Positions 1 to 9,621 of a DNA stretch of 64,000 nt are shown in pieces. Each line of letters begins with the position of its first letter. The stretch's first letter is position 1. The notes under the pieces were generated by a model. The model ran no database searches. It had not been told where the DNA came from and was given only the letters and a program-made list of their open reading frames with translations. The stretch is from Spirochaetota bacterium. GTDB lineage: Bacteria; Spirochaetota; UBA4802; UBA5550. The stretch covers positions 32,001 to 96,000 of the forward strand of contig OY760686.1 of NCBI GenBank assembly GCA_963663865.1, in the 5' to 3' direction. A program made the translations under genes and the position numbers.

Positions 1-474
1 CTCACGCAGAGTATCGCGGTCAAAGACATCACCTGCCCTTATACCGATACGAAGACACTTGTCAGCGTAGCAGGGACCTATTCCTCTGTGCGTTGTGCCG
101 ATTTTCTTCTGTCTCAGGTCTTCCATGGCTGCATCAAGCTCTTTGTGGTACGGAAGTATAAGGTGAACACAGTCGGAAACGACAAACCTGTCTCTAACAT
201 CAATGCCTTCCCCTTCAAGCTGCTCTATTTCATTAAGCAGCTGCACTGGATCTATTACGAGGCCGTTCCCTACAACGCATACCTTTTCCCCGTGAAGAAT
301 TCCTGACGGAACAAGGTGAAAAATATGCTTTTCTCCGCCAACCACTACAGTATGGCCCGCGTTGGCTCCCCCCTGGTACCTTACCACGACATCGGCGTCC
401 TTGGCAAGAAAGTCAATCATCTTGGCTTTACCCTCATCACCCCACTGGGTGCCAATTGCTACCATACAGCTCAT
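1..474 (-). CDS. purA: Adenylosuccinate synthetase (5' part; runs off window)
   Basis: Manual translation from ATG at 474 gives MSCMVAIGTQWGDEGKAKMIDFL...RYQGGANAGHT...IGTTQRGIGPCYADK, with the PurA GDEGK and GGxNAGHT motifs. Not in the ORF track because it is truncated by the window edge. Confidence 0.97.
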   Translation of the reverse strand, partial: MSCMVAIGTQWGDEGKAKMIDFLAKDADVVVRYQGGANAGHTVVVGGEKHIFHLVPSGILHGEKVCVVGNGLVIDPVQLLNEIEQLEGEGIDVRDRFVVSDCVHLILPYHKELDAAMEDLRQKKIGTTHRGIGPCYADKCLRIGIRAGDVFDRDTLRE

Positions 475-620
475 TTGTTTCCTCTTTTTTTCTCATAATC
501 ACGCACAGTCTGGCATTTTATTTCCAGATACTAAAATAACAAGTTTTTTTCTCAGACACGCACTTAAAAATCATTTACATTTTTTTTGGCCTAAACAATA
601 AACCCCCGCCTGCCGATATT

Positions 621-1325
621 ATGATTAAGGAGCACTGTGCTCAAAAAAGGGGTCTCTTGAAGCTGAAACTATTTACAACGACTGTTCAACTGCTGCTGTT
701 TTGCTCCATTATTGCCGGTTACCCGGTACAGGATGGCGTAGAATGCGGAACCCTTAATGCCGGGACTTATAGAAAGCCGGCGCGAATCCACATAGTGAAA
801 AACGGCGAGACCCTTTACTCAATCTCACGCCGCTACGGATTAAAACCCCAGGAACTCTGCGCGTTCAATAAAATCAGCATGGACAGCACCCTGTATGCCG
901 GTACGAAGCTGAAAATTCCGCCAACCGGGAACTTTTCACCAGGAAAGCCCGCGCATGGCCGGCCTCTGTTCATCTGGCCCGTCAAAAACCCCATATCGTG
1001 TAAAAAAGACGGTTCTGACGGCGTTAAATCTATCGGCATTGTGATTCAATCACGTCCTGCGTCTCAGGTTTTTTCCTCAGCCAGCGGGATTGTGCGAAAG
1101 ATAGGCTTTATGCGGGGCTTCGGCAAATATGTCATGGTTACTCACAGCGACAGGTATGTTACAGTATATTCAAACCTGGAGCGGATTATGGTAAAAAGCG
1201 GTAAAACTGTCAGGACAGGTGAAACTATCGGAATAGCTGACGCAAGTACAGGGAAGGTTCACTTCCAGATTGACAGAGCGGGACGCCCGGCAGATCCACT
1301 TAAGCTGCTTCCCGCGAGAGGCTGA
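621..1325 (+). CDS. LysM + M23 peptidase-like (NlpD-like) protein
   Basis: LysM (HIVKNGETLYSISRRYG) followed by an M23 fold (FIWPVK...GFGKYVMVTH...VHFQI...DPLKLL). Confidence 0.85.
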   Translation: MIKEHCAQKRGLLKLKLFTTTVQLLLFCSIIAGYPVQDGVECGTLNAGTYRKPARIHIVKNGETLYSISRRYGLKPQELCAFNKISMDSTLYAGTKLKIPPTGNFSPGKPAHGRPLFIWPVKNPISCKKDGSDGVKSIGIVIQSRPASQVFSSASGIVRKIGFMRGFGKYVMVTHSDRYVTVYSNLERIMVKSGKTVRTGETIGIADASTGKVHFQIDRAGRPADPLKLLPARG

Positions 1326-1379
1326 TTTTTTCTGAAACCTATTTAAACCTGAGAACTCTATAGACTATGTCTGTTGTTG

Positions 1380-1411
1380 ACCCCTGCCGCCCTTTGCGGC
1401 GGGGTTTTCTT
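1380..1411 (+). terminator. Intrinsic terminator-like hairpin
   Basis: ACCCCTGCCGC-CCTTT-GCGGCGGGGT followed by TTTCTT, downstream of the M23 gene. Confidence 0.55.
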
Positions 1412-1464
1412 TGCAAAAAATCACTGACGGCGTCCCACCAAACGCCGCCTTAAAGGAGACATCA

Positions 1465-3366
1465 ATGTCCGGCAAGCACATCCTCAGACTGAATACAGTT
1501 TTTTTAATACTGTTTGCTGCAGGCGCCCTCAGCGCCGAAGGAATCGGATTAACGGCACCGACAGGACCAGTCACCGTTCCCGCGGGAACGAAAGCGGTTC
1601 TGCCGGTTAAAGTCAATACCCCCCCCCGAAGTCATTTTTATGGAAACCCGAAAGGGCCCGGAACAGGAAAGCCGGTTGAGATTACTGTAAAGGCCGATAC
1701 ACCACTGCTGGCCGGGGAAATCAGGATTACCCGCCCCGCCAGATATACCGCAAAAAGCAGCTCTGAGCATGTCTGGATTCACGAGAACGGGGCCGTTATA
1801 TTCGTCACTGTTGAGGTTCCGAATGACGCAAAAGCCGCCGAGTACTCCTTAAGAGTGGATATTGATGCCCTTCTGTGCACGGACACGTCGTGCATCCCGC
1901 AGCGCACCGGAATTGATATTCCCTTAAAGATCCCGTCCGGGGCGGCCGGAGCTTACCGATTGACACCGCGGCTTAAGAAATTGCTGGCTGACTCCCAGGT
2001 GATAGGCAGCCATTCAGCACATGCAAAGTCTGCTTCGTATTCAGATGCCGGGGAAAAAAGCAGCACATCCTTCTCACCGGAATACATAGGCGGCAGCTCT
2101 GTCAGCGGAATACTTCAGGCAATTATCCTCGGACTTATTGCCGGCTTCATCCTTAACTTCATGCCGTGCGTTCTCCCGGTTGTCAGCCTCAAGCTTATGT
2201 CATTCGCACGGAACGCCGGCAGCAGCCGGCCAAAGCTTATTAAGCTCGGATTGTCTTTTTCCGCTGGCATTGTAGCGAGTTTTACAGTTCTCGCGGCGCT
2301 TGCGGCCTTTTTCGGTTACAGCTGGGGCGGGCTCTTCCAGCACCGTGCTTTTTTAACCGCCATGACAGCTGTTGTTTTCGCGCTGGCGATGTCTCTCTTT
2401 GGCCTTTTCTCTGTAAATATACCTTCATTCGCAGGGAAACAGCAAAACACAAAATCGGGATATGGAGACGCGTTCGGGAAAGGGCTTCTTGCTACGCTTC
2501 TGGCGACTCCATGCAGCGGGCCCTTTCTCGGAGGCACACTTGCCTGGACGCTCAACCAGCATCCGGCGGTTATCTTTGCCGTATTCATATCGATAGGAGC
2601 AGGAATGTCAATACCCTATCTGCTCATGACTGCGGCTCCGTCATTTATGCGCTTTATCCCCAAACCGGGGCCATGGCTTGGAGTTTTTGAGAAAGCTATG
2701 GGCTTTTTGCTGGTACTGACTACAGTTTATCTTATTTCGCTTTTTGAACCGGCTGATATTATGCCTGTAATACTGTTCCTTGCCCTTCTTACTCCGGCTC
2801 TATGGCTTTACGGGAAGTACGGCTCTCCCATCAACCCGAAAAAACAGAGAACTATTGCGTCATCAGCTGCAGTAATAATAGCTATAGCCGCATGGTTTAT
2901 ATCGTTCATCCTTATATTCTCCCCTTCAGCTGAAAAAACAGAGATACGCAGCGTAGTTAAATCTAAATTTTCAATTGAACGCCTCGGTAAAAATGCTTCG
3001 GAGGGCCGTATAAGCTTTGTGAAGTTTACGGCAGACTGGTGTCCGAACTGCAAGGTAGTTGAGCGTATCTCACTCAATGACAGCCGGGTTCAGGAAGCCA
3101 TTGCAAAATCGGGGGCTGAGCTTCTAACAGCTGACATCACACGTCCTTATCCTGATGCCGAGAAACTGCTGAAGCAGCTCGGCAGCAGGTCTATCCCATT
3201 CCTTGCGGTATTCCCGCCCGGAGACGAATTCGCCAGGCCGGTTTGCCTGCGGGACATGTACTCGGCATCAGACGTGGTTGAGGCCCTTAAAAGCGCTGAG
3301 CGGCGGATAAAGCCTTCAGGAGAGAATTTCCCGGTCAAGGAGATCGAGGACTTCGGGCATCAATGA
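1465..3366 (+). CDS. dsbD: Thiol:disulfide interchange protein DsbD-like
   Basis: N-terminal CTDTSC, transmembrane NFMPCVLPV and ATPCSGPF, C-terminal thioredoxin TADWCPNC. Start moved to ATG 1465 behind the AAAGGAG RBS. Confidence 0.88.
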   Translation: MSGKHILRLNTVFLILFAAGALSAEGIGLTAPTGPVTVPAGTKAVLPVKVNTPPRSHFYGNPKGPGTGKPVEITVKADTPLLAGEIRITRPARYTAKSSSEHVWIHENGAVIFVTVEVPNDAKAAEYSLRVDIDALLCTDTSCIPQRTGIDIPLKIPSGAAGAYRLTPRLKKLLADSQVIGSHSAHAKSASYSDAGEKSSTSFSPEYIGGSSVSGILQAIILGLIAGFILNFMPCVLPVVSLKLMSFARNAGSSRPKLIKLGLSFSAGIVASFTVLAALAAFFGYSWGGLFQHRAFLTAMTAVVFALAMSLFGLFSVNIPSFAGKQQNTKSGYGDAFGKGLLATLLATPCSGPFLGGTLAWTLNQHPAVIFAVFISIGAGMSIPYLLMTAAPSFMRFIPKPGPWLGVFEKAMGFLLVLTTVYLISLFEPADIMPVILFLALLTPALWLYGKYGSPINPKKQRTIASSAAVIIAIAAWFISFILIFSPSAEKTEIRSVVKSKFSIERLGKNASEGRISFVKFTADWCPNCKVVERISLNDSRVQEAIAKSGAELLTADITRPYPDAEKLLKQLGSRSIPFLAVFPPGDEFARPVCLRDMYSASDVVEALKSAERRIKPSGENFPVKEIEDFGHQ

Positions 3367-3846
3367 AGCTATTGATTGCATCTCATCGCGGCTGAATTCG
3401 GAGAGAACATAATCGGCCACAGGAACCCTGGAGTCCTCGGGACGGCCTACGCCAAACCTGAGACGGCTGAAATCAGGGTTCCCTGCCTGCTGAATAATCG
3501 ACCTTATTCCGTTATGACCCCTGTGCCCGCCGCCCTTCTTTATCTCGAAACGCCCGAACACAAAATCAATCTCGTCATGGACAGCAACGAGCGATGAGGT
3601 TTCAAGCTTATAAAAGCTCATTGCCTGTGAAACCGACTCACCGCTCCGGTTCATATAGGTGTGAGGGACGAGAACACAGACATCCGTGTTTCCGACCTTG
3701 CCGGTTCCGTAAAACCCGCCAAATCCCTTCTGAGAGCACCTGATTCCATGCCTCTCCGCAAAATGCTCTCCGATTATAAACCCGATATTATGCCGTGTTT
3801 TACTGTATCTCTTTCCGGGATTGCCTAAAAAAACAACCAGTTTCAT
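3316..3846 (-). CDS. pth: Peptidyl-tRNA hydrolase
   Basis: LGNPG...TRHNIGF, TYMNRSG, HDEID, GHNGIRSI, RLRFGVGRP. Confidence 0.96.
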   Translation of the reverse strand: MKLVVFLGNPGKRYSKTRHNIGFIIGEHFAERHGIRCSQKGFGGFYGTGKVGNTDVCVLVPHTYMNRSGESVSQAMSFYKLETSSLVAVHDEIDFVFGRFEIKKGGGHRGHNGIRSIIQQAGNPDFSRLRFGVGRPEDSRVPVADYVLSEFSRDEMQSIASLMPEVLDLLDREILS

Positions 3847-3868
3847 TTATCCATCCGTGCTGTCTGGT

Positions 3869-4204
3869 TCATCCGGCAATAAAGTCCAGCGCCGAAGCGG
3901 TGTTTATGAACATATTTATACGGTCATAAAGCCCCGTCACTCTGAGCATTTCCTCAACCTCCCGGCTGACTTTCACGAGAACGAACTTCTTTCCGTCGCC
4001 TTCAAACCTGTTGTGATATTTAATGATAATTCCAAGCGCGGAGCTGTCAACGTATTCCAGCCCTGACACGTCAAGAATGACATTTGAACCAGATTCATAG
4101 ATATCGTCAAGCACAGACTGAAAGTTCAAAACATACTCTGACGAGAGCGATCCCTCGATATTTATAACGGGTGTACCCATGATACTGCAGGTTGATATTT
4201 TCAT
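3869..4204 (-). CDS. STAS-domain anti-sigma factor antagonist
   Basis: LDVSGLEYVDSSALG motif with phosphorylatable Ser; 111 aa. Confidence 0.9.
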   Translation of the reverse strand: MKISTCSIMGTPVINIEGSLSSEYVLNFQSVLDDIYESGSNVILDVSGLEYVDSSALGIIIKYHNRFEGDGKKFVLVKVSREVEEMLRVTGLYDRINMFINTASALDFIAG

Positions 4205-4495
4205 ATACGCACCAGCCTGAAATATTTTTGCGCGTCAGGAGTGCAGCTTGAGTAAATTTTCCCATATATGTATCGGTTTATGCCGGACTTAACTTAAGCG
4301 GAATCCGCTATTTTTTCTGCGCTCGTCCATTTTTTTATGCAAAATCAAATTCAAGCTTGCCCCAAACCGCTCAATGCTGAAGATTAGCCTCATACGGCAT
4401 CGCTGGTGCTGCCGCATCGATATCGGGGCATTATTCACCGCAGTGGATAGCGCTTGTAATCTAAACAGACGAATTTCCTGAAGGTTTTCTTTAAT

Positions 4496-7126
4496 ATGCA
4501 TAGATATATATCAGCTATTTCACTAATTCTGATACTGATACCGCTGTCAACCAGGGGGGCCGCGTTCAGCGGAAAGGGACTTTACGGTCTGGGAAACTCC
4601 CCTTCAGCAGCCGGCCGGGGTTCGACAGCTGTTTCCTCATCCGGGTTTGAATACTTCATGTACAACCCGGCATCTGCTGCCGGCTCCGACAGGGGAGGGG
4701 TTTCACTGATGTACGCCTTCCCGGCTTCGGGTTTCCACTACCCCGGAGTTGCTTTCGGATTCCCGACAGCCTACGGAACTCTGGCAGGCTCCTTCAGACA
4801 CCTTACAATAGGCAACCCTGAGGACATTTCGACCGCATGGGCGTTTTCGCTCGGCGGAGGTAAAAACATAACCCCGAAAATGGCCTTCGGAGCGGGATTG
4901 AATATCATTGCAGGTACATCAAGCGAAGGAGAAAGCTTTTATTACCCCGGCGTAACCCTTGGCAGCAGATATTGCTTCTCAGGCATGCCGAGAACAATGG
5001 GCCTGGGCATCTTCTCGCCTTCAGTTGGAGCTGCTCTCAGCGCCGGTTTTCCCGGAGGAAGCATCGATTCCGGCGAAGGCTTTAACGGCATTACAGCAGG
5101 ATATGAATTCAGCTTTTTCAGGCATGCTCTCTTTGAACTTTGCTGGCATAACGATATCACCCTTTTTAACTACAATGAAGGTTTCCCTATAAAAGCCGGC
5201 ATTGAGTCGGAGTTCCGGAACGGCCTTATCCTGCGCACGGGGGCAATACTGTTCAACGAATACGGGTGCAGTTCAATAACTGCCGGCGCCGGATACAGAT
5301 TCAAAACAGCAGCTTTTACAGGTTCCGTAGACTATACAGCAAGCTACGGAGCCGGAAGCGTTGTCCACTTCGTCGGCATTACCGCCAGCTACGGCTCACC
5401 CGACAGAGAACCGCCTAAGGCAGAGATATCACCGGAAACGGCATATATTTCGCCTAACCACGACGGAACGCGGGATTACATCGAATTCAGCCTTAACGTT
5501 ACAGACAGGAGCCTGATTAAAGGATGGCGCCTTCAGATTCTCGGTGAGAACTCGTCGGGTATCAGAGAGTTTCGAATGAGCGAGCGGGACATCATTAAGC
5601 CGTTGACCCCTTCTCTCTTCGTGAAGCGGATTTTTTCAAGCAGCATTTCGCTCGACGTTCCACGGACTATTATCTGGGATGGAACCAATCCTGATGGAAG
5701 CACGGCAAAGGACGGGGTGTACACATATTCATTCTCCGTCTGGGATGAGCACGACAACATGGCACCAAAAAAGACCGGAACAATTATCCTCGACAACACC
5801 CCTCCGGCGGTACAACTTAAGGATCACACTGCAATGTTCTCTCCCAACAGCGACGGACGCAAAGACCTGTTCAGGACAAAACTCGAGAGTTCCACATCGC
5901 CCTCGGATATCTGGACCGCGTCAATAAAGGACAGCCTCGGAAATACGGTTAAGGAATTCACCTGGCAAGGGGCCTCGCTTCCCTCTGAACTTATATGGGA
6001 CGGGCTAACCGATGCGGGCTTAGAAGCTCCTGATGGAGTTTACAGCCTGACGATAAGCGCTTCCGACATGGCAGGAAATACATCATCCGCAGAGATTAAT
6101 GACATTGTGCTGACACGAAGCTATCAGGCTGCCGACATCCGCATTGAGAGTCTGTATTTATCCCATAGAATTTCTAATTCACTCAGGATGTTCCCGTCAT
6201 TGTCTTCTACCAGCGGCCTTGAAAGCTACAGCGCAGTCATTTCCGATAATGACGGTGACCCTGTAAAGGAGATTTCCGGCACTGCTCCGCTTCCGGCAGT
6301 TATAAGCTGGAGCTGTACTGACAACAATAACGAGAAGCTCAAGGACGGCACATACAGTGTTAAATTGACGGCGGCCTTTAACAGCGGGAACACGCCTTCC
6401 AGCTTTCCGAAAAAACTCATAGTCGACAGTACCCCGCCGAACTTGAAAGTAACCCACAGCCCGGAACGATTTTCTCCCGACAACGACGGGGAAAACGATA
6501 TACTGACAATAAAACCTGATTGTTATGATAAAAGCCCTGTTGACTCATGGGCCGTAAGGATTGTCAGCCCTGCCGGAACCATCTTTAAAACTTTTACGGG
6601 CAAAGGTGCTCCGCCGGCAGAAATCAAATGGGACGGCCTGGGGGACAACCTGGACATTGTCGAATCCGCTGCCGATTACGGAATAGAGTTTTCGGCCACA
6701 GACGCTGCCGGCAACACATCTACGGTTACGGGGAAACCAATTAAGGTGGATATTCTGGTTGTTGTTACTGAGAGGGGCCTGAAAATGCGGATAAGCAATA
6801 TTCAGTTTGCCTTCGACAGCGATGTCCTCCGTCCTTCGGGAATGAGGGTTCTCGACAGGGTAATCGACATTCTCAACAGCTATCAGAATTACGACATCGT
6901 TATAGAAGGACACACCGACGATATCGGCGAAGATTCATACAATCTTACCCTTTCGGAAAAGCGGGCTAAATCGGTATACGACTATCTGTCAAAGAAAGGA
7001 ATCTCCCGTGAACGGCTGGATTTTATCGGACTGGGTGAAACAGTTCCGCAATATCCGAACACTAACGAGGAAAACAGAAGAAGAAACAGACGCGTTGAGT
7101 TCCTTCTGATGAAAATACATAAATAA
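4496..7126 (+). CDS. OmpA-family protein with N-terminal beta-barrel-like region and repeated FlgD/Ig-like domains
   Basis: Signal peptide; repeated SPNxDG...WDG...DGxY modules; C-terminal OmpA domain (IEGHTDDIG...NLTLSEKRA...NRRVEF). Confidence 0.85.
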   Translation: MHRYISAISLILILIPLSTRGAAFSGKGLYGLGNSPSAAGRGSTAVSSSGFEYFMYNPASAAGSDRGGVSLMYAFPASGFHYPGVAFGFPTAYGTLAGSFRHLTIGNPEDISTAWAFSLGGGKNITPKMAFGAGLNIIAGTSSEGESFYYPGVTLGSRYCFSGMPRTMGLGIFSPSVGAALSAGFPGGSIDSGEGFNGITAGYEFSFFRHALFELCWHNDITLFNYNEGFPIKAGIESEFRNGLILRTGAILFNEYGCSSITAGAGYRFKTAAFTGSVDYTASYGAGSVVHFVGITASYGSPDREPPKAEISPETAYISPNHDGTRDYIEFSLNVTDRSLIKGWRLQILGENSSGIREFRMSERDIIKPLTPSLFVKRIFSSSISLDVPRTIIWDGTNPDGSTAKDGVYTYSFSVWDEHDNMAPKKTGTIILDNTPPAVQLKDHTAMFSPNSDGRKDLFRTKLESSTSPSDIWTASIKDSLGNTVKEFTWQGASLPSELIWDGLTDAGLEAPDGVYSLTISASDMAGNTSSAEINDIVLTRSYQAADIRIESLYLSHRISNSLRMFPSLSSTSGLESYSAVISDNDGDPVKEISGTAPLPAVISWSCTDNNNEKLKDGTYSVKLTAAFNSGNTPSSFPKKLIVDSTPPNLKVTHSPERFSPDNDGENDILTIKPDCYDKSPVDSWAVRIVSPAGTIFKTFTGKGAPPAEIKWDGLGDNLDIVESAADYGIEFSATDAAGNTSTVTGKPIKVDILVVVTERGLKMRISNIQFAFDSDVLRPSGMRVLDRVIDILNSYQNYDIVIEGHTDDIGEDSYNLTLSEKRAKSVYDYLSKKGISRERLDFIGLGETVPQYPNTNEENRRRNRRVEFLLMKIHK

Positions 7127-7209
7127 GCAATATAGACTAAAGACTCAGGAATTTTTTTTGACACCAGAGCGAAGCTGATTATTCTTGTTCTGTAGAGGAG
7201 ATACGTATT

Positions 7210-7659
7210 ATGGATTCACTATTGGAACTTATAAGGTCACTTTTCAGACTGCTTGGCAGGTTGACAGAATTTCTGTTAGACCGTTTTATGGAGCTTAATT
7301 TCTTCGACAGGCTCCTGATTATTTGCGTTATCCCTTCATTTGCGGCTGTGATGCTGCCGGTTGGGAAGTTTTATATCTTTGAAAACTGGTATTCGCTGAA
7401 CAATCCGCTGGCAATATACCTGATAGGAATATCTATTGTCATTTTTGCCAGCTTCATCATCCGGCCTTTATACAGGATGCTTATTAGAGTAATGTGCGCT
7501 GGAGCTTATCTGTTAAATCTGCTTTATATTCATTTCGGCGATGGTTTCGCGCGGACTGAATATGAGCTTTCTGCCGGGTTCTATTTGAACATAGCCGTGC
7601 CGATCCTCATTGCCGCATTTTCAGCTCTTAGCTATTACGCTTATGGCAGAGAAAACTAA
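7210..7659 (+). CDS. Hypothetical membrane protein
   Basis: GAGGAG RBS; about four hydrophobic segments. Confidence 0.7.
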   Translation: MDSLLELIRSLFRLLGRLTEFLLDRFMELNFFDRLLIICVIPSFAAVMLPVGKFYIFENWYSLNNPLAIYLIGISIVIFASFIIRPLYRMLIRVMCAGAYLLNLLYIHFGDGFARTEYELSAGFYLNIAVPILIAAFSALSYYAYGREN

Positions 7660-7740
7660 TGGCTGTTCTCATTACACAATAAAAAAAGCGGCCTAACCTC
7701 ATTTGGCCGACACCAACTTGCTAAACAGGAGGCAACAAAT

Positions 7741-9615
7741 ATGACCAAACACAAATTTCAGACAGAGGTTAATCAGCTTCTGCATCTGATCATCCATTCG
7801 CTGTACTCCCACAAGGAGATATTCCTGAGGGAGCTGGTTTCCAACGCTTCGGACGCTCTTGACAAGCTGAAGTACCTCACTCTTACAGATGAGAGCTACA
7901 AGAAGCTTAACTTTGAACCCAGAATTGACATCCGATTCGATGGTGAAAACAGCGAGATACTCTCAATCACTGACACCGGCATCGGCATGAACATGCAGGA
8001 CCTCGAAGAAAACCTTGGAACAATCGCCCGTTCAGGTACAAAGAGCTTTCTTTCAAACCTTACAGGAGACGCTAAAAAGGACTCCAACCTCATTGGACAG
8101 TTCGGAGTTGGATTCTACTCATCATTCATGATAGCGGACAAGGTAGAGGTCGTTACCCAAAAGGCAGGTGAGGATAAGGCCTTTAAATGGGTAAGCGACG
8201 GCAAGGGAGAATACGAGATATCTGAGGTTCCGGCAGGCAGCATCGGAACCACCGTCACGCTCTTTCTGAACGATGAGGGCAAAGAGTACGCTGACCGATG
8301 GAGTATTCAGGGCCTAATCAGAAAATACTCGAACCATATTCCATTCCCGATATACCTCCATTACATTGAAACTAAAACCGAGGGTGAAGGAGACAAGAAG
8401 AAGGAAATCAAAGAACCCAAAACCGAGCAGATAAACTCGGCTGCGGCAATCTGGAAGCGTCCGAAAAGTGAACTTAAAGACGAAGATTACAATGAGTTCT
8501 ACAAGTCGATATCCCACGACTATGAAGACCCAATGCTGACAATACACACACGGGCAGAAGGGACGCTTGACTACACCACTCTTTTCTTCGTACCTTCAAA
8601 GGCGCCGATGGACCTCTTCCGCGCTGACTACACACCCGGAGTTAAACTGTACGTAAAGCGGGTATTCATAACAGACGATGACAAGGAGCTCATGCCTGTA
8701 TATCTCCGTTTCCTCAAGGGTATCATTGATACAGAGGACCTTCCGCTCAACGTGAGCCGCGAGATTTTACAGCAGAACAAGGTCCTTGCAAAGATAAGGT
8801 CCTCATCGGTGAAGAAGATACTCAGCGAACTGGAGGGGCTCCAGAAAAATGACCGTGAAAAGTACGCCAGCTTCTACAAAGAGTACGGCATTCCTCTGAA
8901 AGAAGGCCTTTACCAGGATTACGAGAACAGGGACAAGCTGACTGAGCTCGTCATGTTCAAATCCACAATGTCAGAGGGATATACGACATTCAGCGAGTAT
9001 GTCAGCCGGATGAAGGAGGACCAGAAAGTCATATATTACATCACCGGCTCAAAAGAGGCAAATCTGAGAAACTCTCCTCTTCTCGAGATGTACAGAAACA
9101 GGGGCATTGAGGTACTTCTGCTGGATGACGAAATCGACGAGATTGTCATAAGCTCGCTCTTTAAATACAAGGACTATGACCTCAAATCCGTTAACCGCAG
9201 TGACGCTGCAGACGACCTCAAGACCGATGAGGATAAAGCGAAAGAAAAAGAGATAGAGCCCTTTATTGAGAAGGTAAAAAAAGCGCTTGAAGACCGTGTA
9301 AAGGACGTCAAAGCAAGCTCAAGGCTAAGCGATTCACCTTCATGCGTTGTAGCAGACGAGAACGACCCTACCGTCAAGATGCACCAGCTGCTGAAAGCAA
9401 TGGGCCAGTCAGAGATGGCTGAGTTCAAACCGGTCCTTGAGATAAATCCGGGCCATCCAATAGTTGAAAAGCTTAAAAACTCGGAGGATGAAATCCTTAT
9501 CAGGGACATCAGCTTTCTGCTGCTGGAACAGGCAATGTTAATTGAGGGTATGGAGCTCAAAAGCCCCACCGAGTTTGTGAACAGACTGAACAGGGTGATG
9601 CAAAGAGCTGTTTAA
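7741..9615 (+). CDS. htpG: Chaperone HtpG (Hsp90)
   Basis: FQTEVNQLLHLIIHSLYSHKEIFLRELVSNASDALDK, IGQFGVGFYS, DLPLNVSREILQ. Confidence 0.98.
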   Translation: MTKHKFQTEVNQLLHLIIHSLYSHKEIFLRELVSNASDALDKLKYLTLTDESYKKLNFEPRIDIRFDGENSEILSITDTGIGMNMQDLEENLGTIARSGTKSFLSNLTGDAKKDSNLIGQFGVGFYSSFMIADKVEVVTQKAGEDKAFKWVSDGKGEYEISEVPAGSIGTTVTLFLNDEGKEYADRWSIQGLIRKYSNHIPFPIYLHYIETKTEGEGDKKKEIKEPKTEQINSAAAIWKRPKSELKDEDYNEFYKSISHDYEDPMLTIHTRAEGTLDYTTLFFVPSKAPMDLFRADYTPGVKLYVKRVFITDDDKELMPVYLRFLKGIIDTEDLPLNVSREILQQNKVLAKIRSSSVKKILSELEGLQKNDREKYASFYKEYGIPLKEGLYQDYENRDKLTELVMFKSTMSEGYTTFSEYVSRMKEDQKVIYYITGSKEANLRNSPLLEMYRNRGIEVLLLDDEIDEIVISSLFKYKDYDLKSVNRSDAADDLKTDEDKAKEKEIEPFIEKVKKALEDRVKDVKASSRLSDSPSCVVADENDPTVKMHQLLKAMGQSEMAEFKPVLEINPGHPIVEKLKNSEDEILIRDISFLLLEQAMLIEGMELKSPTEFVNRLNRVMQRAV

Positions 9616-9621
9616 CAGCTG

